This document shows, piece after piece, positions 1 to 11,088 of a stretch of DNA of 41,103 bases; position 1 is the stretch's first letter, and every line of letters starts with the position of its first letter. The position numbers and the translations under genes are program-made. This stretch comes from Piedraia hortae CBS 480.64. Its lineage: Eukaryota. The stretch spans positions 124,001-165,103 of the forward strand of contig MU005995.1 in the NCBI GenBank assembly GCA_010093745.1, given 5' to 3'. Below the pieces are notes generated by a model. That model saw only the letters and a program-made list of their open reading frames with translations. It did not search any database and was not told the origin of the DNA.

Positions 1-450
1 TCACATCCGAAAATGGTATAGCGTAAGCCTACCACGCAGCCTTGAAAACCCCTACGATAGCACTACCGCGTGATTAGGCCATCCAAAATCGCATCTTCAC
101 TTCGCGTTTTCTACCATGTCTCACATAACAGCTTCATACATGACATTACTGTCTATGGACATGTCCAACCAAGCGGTTTTAACTCGTTCAAAGGCATATC
201 GTGTAGGAGTTGGGATTGCTCATCGTCAGGGGTCTTAACTATTCCCTGTACTTGCGCCAGCTGCCCATCTGTAATGCCAAGGTAACAGAACAGACCGTAT
301 GTTGGATACAACTCGCTCTCATAACTCATAATACACAACGACCGTCCACCTATTCCGCTAACCTTGAAAACACGCCGCGCAAGTCCCCCAAATATCCATG
401 ATCGAACCACCATAGGGAGTCAAACCATCCACATCCCATATGATCATCAA

Positions 451-1284
451 TCACCCAAACCTCTTCCTCGCCAGCTCCATCAACATCTCCATCGTCTTCT
501 CCTCTTTAGCTCTATACTTCGCCAACCTCTCTTCCCTCTCCGCCTCTCTAGCGCGGAGGACCTCCTCTCTTTTCATCTCCCTCTCCGATTTCTGCCTCTG
601 CTCCTTTTCCAGTCTCTTTCTAATCTCCTCCTTTTCGTCCCCATTATCGCCCATCAAGTCTTTATCCGCAATTTCATGGGTAGGATCATCATTCCTCTCT
701 CGGAAAGACTTATTTGCGGCTGCGGTTTCGCGTTTTTTTTCTAGGAAACGCTCCCTGGAACCTGGAGGGGCACGGGGATTCAGCTCTTCGAAACGCGCTT
801 TATCTACTTTCCGTTCGGCTTTTAAATCCTTACGGAGGGTTGCTAGGGTTTTGTCTCTGGGGGGAGGCTCATGTGTAGGAGCTGCGGGCCCGTATTCGTC
901 TTCTTCGTCTTCGTAGTGGTTGGTCGGGTTACACGCAGGCTCGGTGTTTTGGGTGGATGACGATGGTGGCTCAGACCACAGATACCATCCCTCAGCGAGA
1001 GAGCCAGAGTTCCATTTGTTGGTGAAGCTCTTCCAGCGCCCTTTGGCTTCGTCGTCGCTGAGACAGGAGAGGTCGAGGTCCTTGTGGATGCGGAGGTACT
1101 CTGTGAAAATGGCGCGATGGGTCGCTAAGTCACGTTGGCGTAGTGGGTAACAGCCGTGGGGTATGGGGGCTTGGCGAGGGCTGGCTGATCTTCGTCGTCG
1201 TCTGTGGGAGCGGTCTTTGTTCATCGGGGGTTGGAGTGCCATTACGGGACATGACTCGCGTTTACTGGTGTCAGCGCGAGTCAT
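451..1284 (-). CDS. Conserved hypothetical nuclear protein, style cell-cycle inhibitor 1 (SCI1)-like / RNA-processing associated; the true start may be a downstream Met
   Basis: 277-aa intronless ORF with an Arg-rich N-terminus (RSHRRRRRSASP), the block YLRIHKDLDLSCLSDDEAKGRWKSFTNKWNSGSLAEGWY and a charged coiled-coil C-terminus ending LARKRFG. Family recognised from memory. Confidence 0.7.
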   Translation of the reverse strand: MTRADTSKRESCPVMALQPPMNKDRSHRRRRRSASPRQAPIPHGCYPLRQRDLATHRAIFTEYLRIHKDLDLSCLSDDEAKGRWKSFTNKWNSGSLAEGWYLWSEPPSSSTQNTEPACNPTNHYEDEEDEYGPAAPTHEPPPRDKTLATLRKDLKAERKVDKARFEELNPRAPPGSRERFLEKKRETAAANKSFRERNDDPTHEIADKDLMGDNGDEKEEIRKRLEKEQRQKSEREMKREEVLRAREAEREERLAKYRAKEEKTMEMLMELARKRFG

Positions 1285-1413
1285 GACGGGATGCTTCTGC
1301 GCAGCCAGACGACAATTAACCAGCTATAAACTAGATTGATCCCGCTTATTCAACTATACATCAGAGTCGGTCATTTGTTCAAGGAAGTGCCATTGCCCCT
1401 ACCATCGCTTTCG

Positions 1414-1935
1414 TCAAGGGAACAGTCGACCCAGCCATTCATGAGCCTTGGACACCTCGAGCATACCCCCCTCACCCTCGTCAATCGTCTGATTGAACCA
1501 GTTCCTAGCCTCATGATCATTTTCATCACGGATCTGCTGCGCTACAATGCATACCCCCATGTAGAAACAGCACCTGGCCCTATCCTTGCCAGTTGCGAAG
1601 GCCAAGGCATCCGTGATTGACTCTTGCGCGACAGAAATCAGCTTCGTGTTCACGTCCTCTGGGTGGGAAAGGATTGCAATGGCTGGTAACAGTTTGGCTC
1701 TGACTTTGATCGAGGACAGCACCGACGGGTTGGGGGGCGGGTTAGTGCCTTGCAACGCGTCGGTGGAGTAGACACTACCGTCTCTCAGATCCTGGGGGTC
1801 GCCATTGTCATCGCCATCTTCCAGCGGCAAATTCGTAAAATTGTCTTCGGAGACCAAAAATTTGGACATGTCCGTCTCGCTATCCTCCTCCCATTTGCTA
1901 AGGTTTTGGTCGAAATTCGTCAGATTGTGGTCCAT
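1414..1935 (-). CDS. Hypothetical protein, 173 aa; acidic N-terminus, helical (TPR-like) C-terminus
   Basis: ATG-initiated ORF that fills the gap between two co-oriented genes and has protein-like composition. No family recognised. Confidence 0.5.
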   Translation of the reverse strand: MDHNLTNFDQNLSKWEEDSETDMSKFLVSEDNFTNLPLEDGDDNGDPQDLRDGSVYSTDALQGTNPPPNPSVLSSIKVRAKLLPAIAILSHPEDVNTKLISVAQESITDALAFATGKDRARCCFYMGVCIVAQQIRDENDHEARNWFNQTIDEGEGGMLEVSKAHEWLGRLFP

Positions 1936-2054
1936 ATTCTACTTGGGGGTTAAGATGTCAAGGTAAAAATAAAGATGGTTGAGGGAAGACATGTAAAAGT
2001 CCTTTGTCCGTTAAACCATTTACCTTTGTGTCGAATGCGGACTAAACAAACCAC

Positions 2055-3083
2055 TCAAGCAGGCCTGCCATTGTTCGAGCTACTATCGCTGTTGTTGTTA
2101 TTACGCGTAATCCTGTTATTGCCACGCGCGATACTGCTGGCGTCTGAATCCAGTTCTGGTGGTGTTGATCCGTATATCATTCTCATGATCCAGTTGCGAG
2201 GGTCAATAGCCTGTGGCTGCAGCCGTCGAAGGAGCGGCGTCCTTTCATGACCAAACAGCGTATCCGGAGTATAATCGGCGTCGCTCGCATCAGTGTTATG
2301 CTCCTTACGCATGTAATACCGTCCGGCCATGGAGAGCAAGACTCCCTGTAAGAGACCAGTGATGATGTAGACCAACCAGGCACTCCAGCCGTCCCATCCA
2401 ACGCGGAGCCAAAGACTAAAGGCGAACACAAACGATCCCGGGACTTGGATCAGCATCGTGAGGAGGCTGAGGCTCTTGACAGCGCCCAGGCGATACGTGT
2501 ACCAGATTTGGGGGACGTATTGCACCGCGGCCAGGACGCCAGCCACACTGCCCAAGAAATTTGCCCATGTCAGAGTCTGGTTCGGCCAGGCGGCAACGAG
2601 AGCGACAGATATGATGCCCACAAATAGCAGCGCCAGCAGCGTAACGCAGCCGACCACTAGGCCATCACGGCGTTTGGCACCGGAGTCCCTTGGGAAATAG
2701 ATGAGGAACAGCATGACACTGCCATATCATTAGACAGAACAGTTGGGTAGAGAAGAACTATACATGAACATGAAGCAGGTCCATTGTAGGCCAATCTGCG
2801 CGATGCCCAGCAGCGCCGCCGCACACGCGCCGCCGCTGATGCGAGTGCAACACGCCGCGTCCTGTCTGCTGGCCGGGAGCGTCAAGATGTTTCCGACTGC
2901 GGCTATGCTGCTCAAAGCTCCAAGTAAAACCCACCAGGGCGATAGTCCCTCCGAGGTTCCATTGCTGATGAGTTTCTTGTGCTGCGGTACGTACGAGACG
3001 AGGATGCCGGTAGTGACGAGTGCAGCAAGGCAAATGGGAAGCGGATCGGGGTGAGCAAGTAGTTCACAACGGTCAAGATGCAT
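2055..3083 (-). CDS. PQ-loop repeat membrane protein (327 aa, 2 exons: 3083-2764, 2718-2055)
   Basis: Two PQ motifs (SYVPQH, QYVPQIW) and several hydrophobic helices. A 45-nt intron at 2763-2719 (GTATAG...CTAAT...GCAG) joins the two track ORFs in frame (FMF-I-VMLFL). Confidence 0.88.
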
Positions 3084-3136
3084 GGTGATGATGGATGAGT
3101 TGGGCGGCTATTTACGTCTACGTCCGTCACCACACC

Positions 3137-5539
3137 ATGGCAACAACCGAAAAGGAAGTTGCGGCTCTCTTGCGCTTGGCTGACGAGGCAAAGACGTCCC
3201 GTGACTGGCCCAGGCTTGGCGATATACTGACCCAGGCGTCGCGCCTGGAACCGGAGAATAAGCAGGTCAAGCAGCGGTGGCGTGATTTCCAGGCCTCTGA
3301 TCAAGGCGCGTTGGGGCCATGTCAAAAGTATCTGTCAAGCGAGAAGGGCGAAGATGGCAAGCGAGCCCTGTCGGCTCTTCGAGAGAATCAGCTAGAGGAT
3401 GTTCAAGAAGTGTACGACTTGCTCCTGGAGGCCGATAACAAACTATCGATGCTGGGTGACTTGACAAGTACACTGCTGCAACGACAGCCAGCAAAGAAAT
3501 ATGCTGCGGGACTCTTGGAGAAGGGCCAGACACAGTCGCTAACGCAGACGCTTCATCAGGGTGAGAAGCCCTTTAGAGCACTGGTCGGGATCACTTTTGA
3601 GGATGCAGTATGGACCTCTCGGAACACACAGAAGACGGCTCAGCAACATGTCTTCCGCTTCTGCGTCGCTTCACTCAAGAAACCCGACGAAAATAAAGCC
3701 AGTCTTATTGAGGCTGTAGCACGTCAACTCGCCATTCATCCAGACAACGTCAAGGAACTGATAAATCAAGATGTATCCGACACTATCTTTTCCATGCTCG
3801 ATTTTCGCCTAGACAGCTCCGTTCGCGGTCAAGCAATGGTATGCACTACACAGTTGTTTAAGCTCAAGGATAACAGCGAGCAAATGTTCACCACCTTTAT
3901 CAAGAGCATGACCGGGAAGGACCCCAACATCACCGCATCAGCAGCGGCAATGGCATTTGCCGTGGTGCCTGCAGCTGCAGCCCAAATATTCCTCACGGAA
4001 GGTTTTATCCAGCATTTAGTCTCCGCCTTGGAAAACAACACCTCTGCCGTGGCTGCTGGAAAGACAAACGCAATCGATATTGAGCGAGCTATACTTGAGC
4101 TCCTCAGCGCGGCGTGCATCGACAAAGCCTGCCGCGAGGCCATTAATCGCCGCTGCTCATCATACCTCCAGAAAACAGCCTCCCAGGCCCAAAACCCTCA
4201 TCAAGCCCTGGCCTCGATTATCTTGGCAAAAAGCAGCGAAAAGTCCGCCGACTCCCTAACAGAGACCCTCTCAAACCTGGCAATAAAAGATGACGAAGCT
4301 ATTGAAGGCCTGGCTTACACCTCCCTCCAACCCAGTGTCAAAGAAAAGCTATCCTTCAACACGAAGCTTCTCCAGCAACTAATCACCACCGTGAAAAGCC
4401 AAAATCAGTCCTCCTTCGGTGCCCTCCAAGTTCTGAGCAATCTAGTAACATACCGACGTCCTCGGTCGGCAGAGCGAACCAAGATATCCCAACTCAAAGC
4501 CTACGCCTCAGGCTCATCGATCGTCGAAGACTCCAATCCCCTCGACGACGATGTGCATGTAAGCGCACGCTGCACCAAACTCGTAAACCTCAACATCATC
4601 CCAACCCTCACCTCGCTCCCATCAACCAACACTTCGTCTGCCAGTCTCACAGTCAAAATTCTCCTCTCTCTCTCAAAAGACACCAAGAACAGACCCAAAC
4701 TCGCCCAACAAGGCGGGATAAAGTACCTCCTTCACGTCCCAGGCGGTAGCTTAACCTCCGCACATGCACTCGCACGGATCCTAATATCAACCAACCCCGA
4801 ACATGCATTCACAAAAGCTACGCCCGCCGTCTCCGCCGCATCAGCGTTGATAAAACTCCTCATCCCCGTCGAAGACGAGAACGGTGAAAGTGACCTCCTT
4901 CCAACCTTTGAATCTTTACTCGCATTAACAAACCTCTGCTCGACCGAAGACTCGGCGTCGAGGGATCTAGTCCTCCGCACCGCAATGCCACAGGTCGAAG
5001 AGCTACTCCTAAGCAACAATACCCTTATCCAGCGTGCAGCAGTAGAACTAATCTGCAACCTCATGCTCTCGCCCGATGGCGTCGCACTATTCACATCTAC
5101 GGGATCATCTAATTCCAAAGACACATCCAAGAGCGATAAATCCAACGCCAAGGATCCTAAACCAGCCAACCCACGAAGCGACCCTACATCTTCCCCGACG
5201 AACAGACGTCTAGGGATCCTGGTAGCTCTAAGCAACAGCCCCGACACCGCGACGCGACGCGCAGCAGGCGGGGCCTTGGCGGGACTTACACAGTGGGATG
5301 TAGGCGTTGGTTCCCTCCTCAACGACAAAGGCGTCTCTGCCTTAATAAGGATGTGTCATGACGAAAGTCCAGAGGTGCGTCATCGGGGCCTCGTCTGCGT
5401 TCTTAACGCCGTGAGCGCGCCGGGAGAGGTGGGTAAACATGCTATCGAAGTCTTCAAAAAACAACATTTGGAGGGAAGTAGAACGGAAGAAGAGGTGTTG
5501 AGGGAGGTGAGGGATGAGATTCGTCGACGACTGCGTTAG
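3137..5539 (+). CDS. she4: UCS-domain myosin chaperone (She4/CRO1/Rng3/UNC-45 family), 800 aa
   Basis: ARM-like repeats with UCS hallmarks EGLAYTSLQPSVKE, LAQQGG, AHALARILISTNP, FESLLALTNL and RAAVELICNL. Start chosen at CACCATGG (3137). Confidence 0.88.
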   Translation: MATTEKEVAALLRLADEAKTSRDWPRLGDILTQASRLEPENKQVKQRWRDFQASDQGALGPCQKYLSSEKGEDGKRALSALRENQLEDVQEVYDLLLEADNKLSMLGDLTSTLLQRQPAKKYAAGLLEKGQTQSLTQTLHQGEKPFRALVGITFEDAVWTSRNTQKTAQQHVFRFCVASLKKPDENKASLIEAVARQLAIHPDNVKELINQDVSDTIFSMLDFRLDSSVRGQAMVCTTQLFKLKDNSEQMFTTFIKSMTGKDPNITASAAAMAFAVVPAAAAQIFLTEGFIQHLVSALENNTSAVAAGKTNAIDIERAILELLSAACIDKACREAINRRCSSYLQKTASQAQNPHQALASIILAKSSEKSADSLTETLSNLAIKDDEAIEGLAYTSLQPSVKEKLSFNTKLLQQLITTVKSQNQSSFGALQVLSNLVTYRRPRSAERTKISQLKAYASGSSIVEDSNPLDDDVHVSARCTKLVNLNIIPTLTSLPSTNTSSASLTVKILLSLSKDTKNRPKLAQQGGIKYLLHVPGGSLTSAHALARILISTNPEHAFTKATPAVSAASALIKLLIPVEDENGESDLLPTFESLLALTNLCSTEDSASRDLVLRTAMPQVEELLLSNNTLIQRAAVELICNLMLSPDGVALFTSTGSSNSKDTSKSDKSNAKDPKPANPRSDPTSSPTNRRLGILVALSNSPDTATRRAAGGALAGLTQWDVGVGSLLNDKGVSALIRMCHDESPEVRHRGLVCVLNAVSAPGEVGKHAIEVFKKQHLEGSRTEEEVLREVRDEIRRRLR

Positions 5540-5652
5540 TACACGTACATAGACATGACTCCTTAATGGATGACATTTTGATCGAAGGTACAGTGTGGTC
5601 GTGTGCGAGAGGAGGTATAAGAATGACAATCCACCACGTGATATATAACCAC

Positions 5653-5751
5653 GGCAAGGTGTCCGAGTGGTTATGGAGCTGCGTTTAGGTACAACTAAAC
5701 ACATCGATCCGCAGTGGCGTTGCCTCGAGGGTTCGAATCCCTCCCTTGTCA
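5653..5751 (+). tRNA. tRNA-Leu(UAG) with a 19-nt intron (5690-5708)
   Basis: Acceptor stem GGCAAGG/CCTTGTC plus A. D arm TCCGAGTGGTTATGGA. Anticodon stem CTGCG/CGCAG with anticodon TAG at 5686-5688 and the intron after position 37. Long variable arm. T arm GAGGG-TTCGAAT-CCCTC. Confidence 0.95.
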
Positions 5752-5758
5752 TTGACAC

Positions 5759-5768
5759 TTTTTTTTTT
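5759..5768 (+). terminator. RNA polymerase III terminator (T10)
   Basis: Run of 10 T beginning 8 nt after the tRNA discriminator base. Confidence 0.85.
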
Positions 5769-7079
5769 GCAAATGCAAATCCTACAACCCCCATCTTCGG
5801 AACATTGCGACATTGCGACATTACCTGAATGTGATACCCGCGGGGTGGAACACTGGTACGTGTTTCACCTCTCAACTCTAGATAAGACCCCGTCTGATTG
5901 ATCATCCGTTCTAGAAGCACTTGATCTTCAAACTGGTGAGCAAAATTGGATTTACTTTGATTGATTACGGAACCCTGGATCTACATAGACTAGTTGTAAG
6001 TATTTGATGTTCCTGCATATGCGTGCGTGCATTGCAGTTTTTTCATGTACCTCGGCCCTTTTGGGGGATCTGTCGGTGCGAATGCTGGAACCGTTTCAGC
6101 AAGCAGCAATGGAATTGTGCTCTACATACAATTGTACAATAACGATTCTAATGTAGCTGGTTTTACAGATGTCTTTCTGGTGGATGTCTTTTCTGATGGA
6201 TGGCTTCTGATGGATGGTAGTATGATGAAATAAGGTCTAGCCGTAAGCCACTACCTCCACCGCCCGCAAGCGGGGAGCCTGCAGCTTAGATAGGGTAGGG
6301 TATCATAGACTTTTTCCCTACAAAAGGGTTGTTACGGTTCGTTTCATGCGACGAATCGAGCGCCTCGCATTTGTGCGCCCAAAACATGCATGACGCGCAC
6401 GCGGTCGCAACAGCGACGCGACATTGAACGCGAATGCGACACGACGTGTCTAAGCCAAGGTGGGTGACGAGTTCCGAAAGCCGGGCAGCCAGGCCATCTG
6501 GTAATTAAAGTTTTGCGGGGAGGCCCGGCCACGCGGCGACCTTGATAAATTAGGTCTAGCCTGATCTGGGATTTTAAAAAAGAAATGTGTTGTTCGTGAC
6601 GCCCCCTCGTGTCATGTGCGGTGTGTGATCTGATCCTGCGCGTTGGGAGATTTTTCGGAGGTAGGGATCCTTTGGTGGAAATAGATTCTTCAGCAGTGAT
6701 TGGGATGATGGCTTGGGATTAGAGGGTGGGAAGGAGGATACGTAAACAGCCACGTAGGTGGGGTGGCCCTGCCACGAGGCCTGCAGGGAGAAACGCAAAG
6801 TGCGGGGGAAGAAGGGACCCTGCGGCTTTGTTGTTGTTATTGTTGTTGTTGTTGGAGTAGAAAGTTTAAATCTGTGTCATGTGTTGTTTTGTCCAAGTGA
6901 CGTTTTGTGTCATGTTGTCCGTTTCTCTTTCTCGCATTCTCGGACGCGTAAATGTTGCTATTTGATTAAAAGGCTCGGTGGAATCTCCCCCTTGATCTTC
7001 CTCCCCTTCTTCTCTTCCTTCGCTTTCATACGACGAGGAATTACAAGTAACACGCTTAGCTTTGCTCTTCACAGTGGAA

Positions 7080-7421
7080 ATGAAGGCCTCTAAATTCGTT
7101 GAGGTGTTCGATGACCATCTATATCACGCCTGCCAGTCACGGTTCAGCGTCAGCTTGGAGGATACACTGGCTGAGAATAAGAGGAGGTCGGCGAACATGA
7201 TGCTCTCTCCACATCCACCGCCATCTTCAAAGGGGTTTTATAACGCGTTCGCAAAGAAGAGTTATCTGAACACCAACGAGCAGTTTATCAAAAGGAGACA
7301 GTCAAAGAGGCTATCGAAACCGCCGCCGTCATCTTCAGCTACTGCAGCGCCAGCTGCAGTCACTGCCACGAAGGAAAGGAAGCTCTGGAGAAGTCTTTCG
7401 CTCAAGTCGCCGGTTGTGTGA
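7080..7421 (+). CDS. Small basic hypothetical protein (113 aa)
   Basis: ORF MKASKFVEVFDD...SLKSPVV, preceded by a pyrimidine-rich 5' region and a long (~1.3 kb) upstream intergenic region. No family recognised. Confidence 0.5.
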   Translation: MKASKFVEVFDDHLYHACQSRFSVSLEDTLAENKRRSANMMLSPHPPPSSKGFYNAFAKKSYLNTNEQFIKRRQSKRLSKPPPSSSATAAPAAVTATKERKLWRSLSLKSPVV

Positions 7422-7645
7422 TAGCTGGGTCGTGGTGGTCGTCGAGGATGAAGCCGAAGTGTGTGTGTCACACGTGGGGCAGGAATGTGGGGGACCATGT
7501 CAGTCGACAATAAGCTCCACCCTCACCGAGTCGAGGGGAAGCTAAGTCAAGAAAATCAGAGCAAAGATACCATTGAACAGATGAGAGATGATGAATGTTG
7601 CATGAAATGAATATCATATATGAAAAAGTAGAATCAATACATACC

Positions 7646-8688
7646 TCAAGCCAACTTGCCTGGGACATATGGATGACCTGCCGTCAGGCCTCCACACACG
7701 GCCCATGCCTGACCATTCACGTAACTTGCTTCTGCGCCTTCATCAGCAACCAAATCAAACAAGACCGATTAAGCATACCATCACTGCCCAAGAACAGCGC
7801 AACACGCGCAATTTCATCCGCAATTCCTCCTCTCCGTAGTGGATTCAGCTGACCAATCCTACCCTCCGTCCCCTTCTTTCGCGCAAGATCATACACCTCC
7901 TTTGTAATTCCCGTCTCGATGAGTCCGGGACAGAGCGCATTACATCTAATCCCCGTTCCCGCGAGCTGGTAACACGCAGTCTGCACAATACTCACTACGG
8001 CAGCCTTTGAGGCCGAGTAATCTGTCGGCCCCGCATTAGATCTCAACCCTGCTGAGGATGCGGTGCCGATAACCGACCCTCCAGGGTACGGTTTCTCCGA
8101 GGAGGTCACTAACATCCCTCTCGCACCATGCTTGACAGCTAGAAACACACTCAATGCGTTTATGCGCATGATTTCCATAAAATCCTCGACCGTGCTGTCG
8201 AGGACGGACGTCCGGGTTACGTTTACGCCTGCGTTCGCGAAGAAGACGTCTAACCGGCCATATTTTGCCAATGCTGAGTCAACAACACCAGCAACGGCGG
8301 GCTCGGAGCTGGCATCGATGCCGCACGTGTGAATATCGACATTAGGATATAGGGAATTAAGCTCGCGTTTGTGTGTTTCCAAATGTGTTGTGGTCAGATC
8401 GCAGAGGAATATCGCTTTTGCGCCGTTGGCGGCGAAAAGATGGGCTGTTGCTCGACCGATTCCTAAGGGTGAGTTGCCACCGGTTATGATGACGACTTTG
8501 TCCTTGGTGCGGCTGGGTTGTAATTAGTTGGGGAGGGGGAAGTAGGGGGGTTCCTGTCGAGGAACTCACGGCCCTGTAGACGGTCCTGCAATCGTGGCTA
8601 TGCGCGGGATGTCCTCGAATTGTCCTGGGTCCGGTCTCGCAACGGAGAGTTGCTCAGAGAGGGCTTTGAGTCGTGATTTACTCGTCAT
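7646..8688 (-). CDS. Short-chain dehydrogenase/reductase (FabG-like), 312 aa, 3 exons: 8688-8570, 8512-7779, 7731-7646
   Basis: Rossmann motif VVIITGGNSPLGIG, ANAG, catalytic YSASK and C-terminal ASYVNGQ. Introns 8569-8513 (GTGAGT...CTAAT...CAG, 57 nt) and 7778-7732 (GTATGC...CTGAT...CAG, 47 nt) restore the frame. Confidence 0.92.
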
Positions 8689-8796
8689 TGTCTAATTCTA
8701 CGATTGTTCGGAATATGTATGGCCGAGGTACACATCTTACATCGCCCAGGCCGAGGTTGATTATGGACTGATTATGGATAGATCGTTACGTACTGA

Positions 8797-10747
8797 CTAA
8801 GGTGACTCAAACACGTTCCACTTCTTTGAAGGCGTCTTCAACGTCCTCATCTTCTTACTGGGGCTACGCTGTGCCGGCACAGATGCCTTTTCCAGCGCGG
8901 CAATCTTCTTCTTCAGTTTGCTGTTCTCTTCTGCGAGGTTCTCCTCGTTCTCCTCCATGGTTTCCGCAAGAATGGTGAGCTTCTGGTCTACGAAGCCCTC
9001 CTGAGTTTCAATCTCGGCATCTCGAGCGGCCCTCCAGCGTCGCGACTCGACCAACAACCTCTGCTCATACTCATTGCAAAGCTCATCCCGCAGCTCCACC
9101 TCAATCTCATTGGCCCGAGCTTCTGCCACACGCCAAGAATTCTCGGCCTCTTCGCGACGTTTAGTTTCGTCCGCCAGTAGCAGTCGCATGACTTCAAGCT
9201 GCTGGCGAAGGTCCGCCACTGTGGCCAAAGCCAACTCCAACTCTTCCTGCAATGCTGAAGACGTTGGATGATCAGTGTTATGAGCTTGCCTTGTTGAGGG
9301 GCGGCTGGTGCCTGACACTATCGTGGACGCCAGGGATGGCATCCGTGGCACCGTCACCTCTCTTGCAAGCGCCGAGTACCGCAAGATCTGAGAGGTCGCG
9401 TTGTAGTCGCCCAGCGGGTCGGCTGTAACGATCATCGTGCTCTTCTGCGGGGCCTTGTGGCGATGCTTTGTGGTAACGCTGTTCCCGAACAACAGCTCTG
9501 TCAACTTGCACTGTCGGAATGGCACAACCACAGAGTTGGGCGCATTTGCATGATCTGACTGCATCTGCATGCACTGTCCAAGATACATGAGCGATTCGTT
9601 GATCTTGCCCGCTTCCGCCAGAGTCGCGCCGGCAGTCTTGGCCGTACGAGCGCGCTCCGAGCCCGCCAGGTCGACAATGGTAAGCGTGCTGGAGCTCCAA
9701 GGACCGGGAATGCGAGCTTTGTGACGCTTCTTGACTTCCACTGCGATGAAGCCGTGGCTGCGAGACGATACTGCGTTGGATCCAGTTCCTGCCACTCGCC
9801 GTTCCTGGAGTCCGGCTTCAAGGACCAAAAGAGCATCTTCCAAGCTTGAACAAACAACCTTTCGCAGCCCTGCCACAACTTTGCGGTCCTGACTCATCTC
9901 TGTATTCTTGAATACCAGAGCACGACGCTTGAGTAGTGCTTTGGGGGGTGCGGCGCGACTTGCAAGCAGATCGAAGATCCTGTCATTATACACTTCGTAC
10001 ATGCAAAGGACGACGGCATACTCTGCCGAACGATCAACATCAAAGTTGATATCGTCGACACGAGGGAGCCGTGGCATCGTTGCGGTGCGAGGAAGCGGCA
10101 TCTTTGGTACCATGGCGGAGAGTCTCGCACCATCCAAGTTGGGAGTTCCGCCACGAATGGAAGATCCATCGCCGCCGGCAATCGTATCCAAGTAATGCGC
10201 GGCGGAAGCAAGATGCGCCTCGGAGTTGTCAGCAGCGCTCAACGACTGCAATGTGGAGATGCTGGTCTCAGTATTGACCAGATACGGTGCTGCATGGCGG
10301 AAGAGAACATCTAGTGCCAGCTGCGTGATGCCTCTTTGGCTCTTTGATCCAAGCATGGTATGGCTCTATTCTACGTCAGCAGCCGTCGCCATCACAAGCT
10401 GGCATACATGCCTTTCCAGACCCCGTAACTCCCAGCGTGGCTACCAATCCATCTCTTCCCTCTCTGCCAGATGGTCCCAGCACGCCCTCAACCTGAGACA
10501 GCAAGCCGCATTGCTCAAAGATCTCACGCTGCCCTACGTATTCGTCAAATACGCGCGTGAAAGCAAACCTCTCCACTGCACGCCTACGCTTGTCATCAGC
10601 TGGCGGCTTAATCGTGATGTGCGTCGGCGCCTCTCCATGCTCTGATGCTTCGTCTACGTCCAGGAACCGCTCTTTTTCGCCTGCTGCTGCGGGCCGAAGA
10701 CGTAAGTAGACGTTGAACAGAGTTGTTGAAGCACTCCTATGATCCAT
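8797..10747 (-). CDS. Kinesin motor protein, probably kinesin-6 (Klp9/MKLP-like), 634 aa, 2 exons: 10747-10412, 10365-8797
   Basis: VYLRLRP, P-loop GVTGSGK|SHTM across a 46-nt GC-AG intron, EVYND, switch I SSRSH, switch II VDLAGSER, INESL and VPFRQCKLT. The long insert in the motor domain and the coiled-coil tail suggest kinesin-6. Confidence 0.9.
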
Positions 10748-11088
10748 TGTGTTCTGTGTTTCCGTCAATGAAGGTGGCAGCGAGAAGCTTACATGGCGTT
10801 GTGACTTGCAAACAATGCCAGGGCCGTTGAGGGGACAACGGATGAGATGCGGGGAAAGCTTGTCCGAATTTGGAATATTCGACGCGGTGACAGTTTTGTG
10901 CGCGGCTCCATCCACGCAGAGTGAGAGTGAGAGTAGTGATTCGGTCTCAAGTTGAGTTTGTATGGATATTGTCTAACGGTGTTCTCCTGGCGCAACACAT
11001 TATCGACCTTCTTGTCCACCTGAACTTTCCGGCCAATCAAGTGAGCGGAACTTCGACCTCACTCGATATTCCGGAAATAAAAATTTCC

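Noticed and set aside
153..413. 86-aa minus-strand ORF; QLLHDMPLNELKPLGW faintly recalls the Prp8 C-terminal region
   Set aside because: The similarity is too short, the frame is closed by stops and no convincing splice model was found.
5342..5920. 192-aa minus-strand ORF
   Set aside because: Overlaps the she4 3' end and the tRNA in antisense, has a non-ATG start and shows no protein-like features.
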